Shown here: positions 62,863 to 64,000 of the stretch, one piece after another | How the letters are laid out: every line of letters begins with the position of its first letter | Position numbering within the stretch: the stretch's first letter is position 1 | Source: a virus | Lineage: Duplodnaviria > Caudoviricetes | DNA length: 64,000 nt | Virus record (IMG/VR): IMGVR_UViG_3300005259_000074 | Span: 96,001-160,000 of that record | Strand: one strand, 5' to 3' | Notes under the pieces: model-generated | Databases searched by the model: none | What the model saw: the letters and a program-made list of their open reading frames with translations, nothing else | Told to the model about the DNA's origin: nothing | Position numbers and translations under genes: made by a program

Positions 62863-64000
62863 TTAGACTCCGACGCCGTCTATTTTCGCGTGGTTGTACA
62901 CTGGACTTATCTCGCTGTGGCTGCCAGCTGTGTAGACCACAGACACCTTTATCTTCGGCTTCCTCCATGGGGTATATCCGTCTGTCAAGAATATTGCCCT
63001 CACCTCTCTCAGCTTTTGTCCCTTGCTGTTCTTCTCGAGGTTGTTCTCGATGTAGTCGAGAGCTTTAGTCAGATCGGTACCTCCTCTTCCGTGCATCTTT
63101 ATGCCGACATCCTTCGGGAGGCGCTTGAACTTTCTGATGCTCTTCTCGTGGACTCCGTCGTCGCACTCAATGAGAGTCACTTGTGTTCCTGTGCTTCTCA
63201 TTCCCTTACGGACATATCCCATAAATTTGGTGAGTTCGTCGTCTCCGACGGAACCGGAGGTGTCTACTACTATGTACACCTTCCTCCCTTCGATGACATG
63301 CTTCTTGTAGTGAAAGCTGTCTTCGAACCGCCGCGACGGCCTTCCGAAGTAGTAGTTCACTTCAGCTTTGATGTCGTCTCCGAACGCATGGGTGATGAGC
63401 TTCTCCCAGATCTTAGAATGCACTTTCCCCTCGTAGTCTGGGAGGATTGAAGAGAGTCCATCTCCTTGTCCGATTCCCTTCTTACGCTCGTGATCTTCCT
63501 GACGCTTCTTCGCCTTCTTGAGGATCTCGCGGAACACAGAGTTGTCTTGCGCCGCATTGGAAATCTGCTTGTTGTGGCCGTAGAGATCGTTCATTATCTT
63601 TTCGAGACCACTACCGCACTTCCCGCACGCGGCCGGACAACTGACTTGTCCGTTTCCCTGCCCTTGCTGTTGGCCATTCTGTCCCTGACCTTGCCCTGGC
63701 TGCTGTCCACCCTGACCAGGCTGTCCCTGTTGGCTGGGTTGCTGGCCTTGCCCCGGTTGTTGGCCGGGCTGCTGGCCATTCTGTCCCTGCTGACTCGGCT
63801 GCGGTTGCTGTCCACCTGGTTTTTGCTGCTGCTGCTGCTGACCTTGCTGGTTGTGTTTGCACGAAGAACAGGGATTCTTTGCGGGGTGCTCGCGAAGGAT
63901 CTTGTAGTAGTATTCAGCCTGCATCTTCTCGTCAACTTTGACGTTGGGATATCCTCTGTCTTTGAGCATCTCTTTGAAGCTCTTGAAAGTTATCCAATCC
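62863..64000 (-). CDS. VWA-domain protein (DUF2201-type metallopeptidase-VWA), 5' end outside the window
   Basis: YIVVDTSGSV.DDEL..F, IECDD, GRGGTDL, IFLTDGY (MIDAS); Q/G/P-rich linker; frame stays open to the window edge. Confidence 0.8.
   Translation of the reverse strand, partial: DWITFKSFKEMLKDRGYPNVKVDEKMQAEYYYKILREHPAKNPCSSCKHNQQGQQQQQQKPGGQQPQPSQQGQNGQQPGQQPGQGQQPSQQGQPGQGGQQPGQGQGQNGQQQGQGNGQVSCPAACGKCGSGLEKIMNDLYGHNKQISNAAQDNSVFREILKKAKKRQEDHERKKGIGQGDGLSSILPDYEGKVHSKIWEKLITHAFGDDIKAEVNYYFGRPSRRFEDSFHYKKHVIEGRKVYIVVDTSGSVGDDELTKFMGYVRKGMRSTGTQVTLIECDDGVHEKSIRKFKRLPKDVGIKMHGRGGTDLTKALDYIENNLEKNSKGQKLREVRAIFLTDGYTPWRKPKIKVSVVYTAGSHSEISPVYNHAKIDGVGV

Noticed and set aside
1-64000. Stop-codon reassignment, as seen in some jumbo phages
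   Set aside because: Conserved genes are full-length in code 11, and TAA, TGA and TAG (e.g. 55975-55977) all end genes at expected positions; only one isolated in-frame TAG in a doubtful micro-ORF was seen.
1-64000. tRNA, rRNA or CRISPR array
   Set aside because: No cloverleaf/T-loop signature was found in the intergenic gaps inspected, and there are no regularly spaced repeat-spacer units; the repeats found are in-frame protein repeats or two-copy elements.

Overview
This window is part of a large T4-like (myovirus/jumbo-type) bacteriophage genome read in the standard genetic code. It has three strand blocks: minus about 225-16296, plus 16429-59966, minus 59972-end. Recognisable virion genes include tail completion gp15, an intein-containing portal gp20, prohead protease gp21, and tube/baseplate homologues (gp54-, gp26/gp51-, gp48-, gp53-, gp27-, gp5-, PAAR, gp25-, gp6-, gp7-like). 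There is also a tape-measure-like gene, three paralogous modular fibres, and a tail-collar fibre with its chaperone. Most units start at a T4-type late promoter (NNTAAATA). The most striking unexplained features are: (1) a family of proteins sharing a capsid-targeting-like N-terminal leader (M-S/G-K-F-E-E-L-x-E-S), with a 32-residue GPxGTHxLGxGxYG module fused to four different cargo domains; (2) two late glycosylation clusters (7 glycosyltransferase-like genes, 2 methyltransferases, 1 deacetylase) alongside codon-diversified poly-Ser tracts and SG(Y)-rich virion proteins, suggesting virion O-glycosylation; (3) a 78-bp non-coding element present twice about 50 kb apart, one copy followed by an AT-rich palindrome array; (4) a set of nucleotide-end/NAD enzymes (KxDG ligase-like, NMNAT-like, HAD, HD, Tpt1/ART-like); (5) a candidate -1 frameshift upstream of the tape-measure gene. 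All family calls come from motif recognition by eye; no database search was run. No tRNA, rRNA or CRISPR array was seen.
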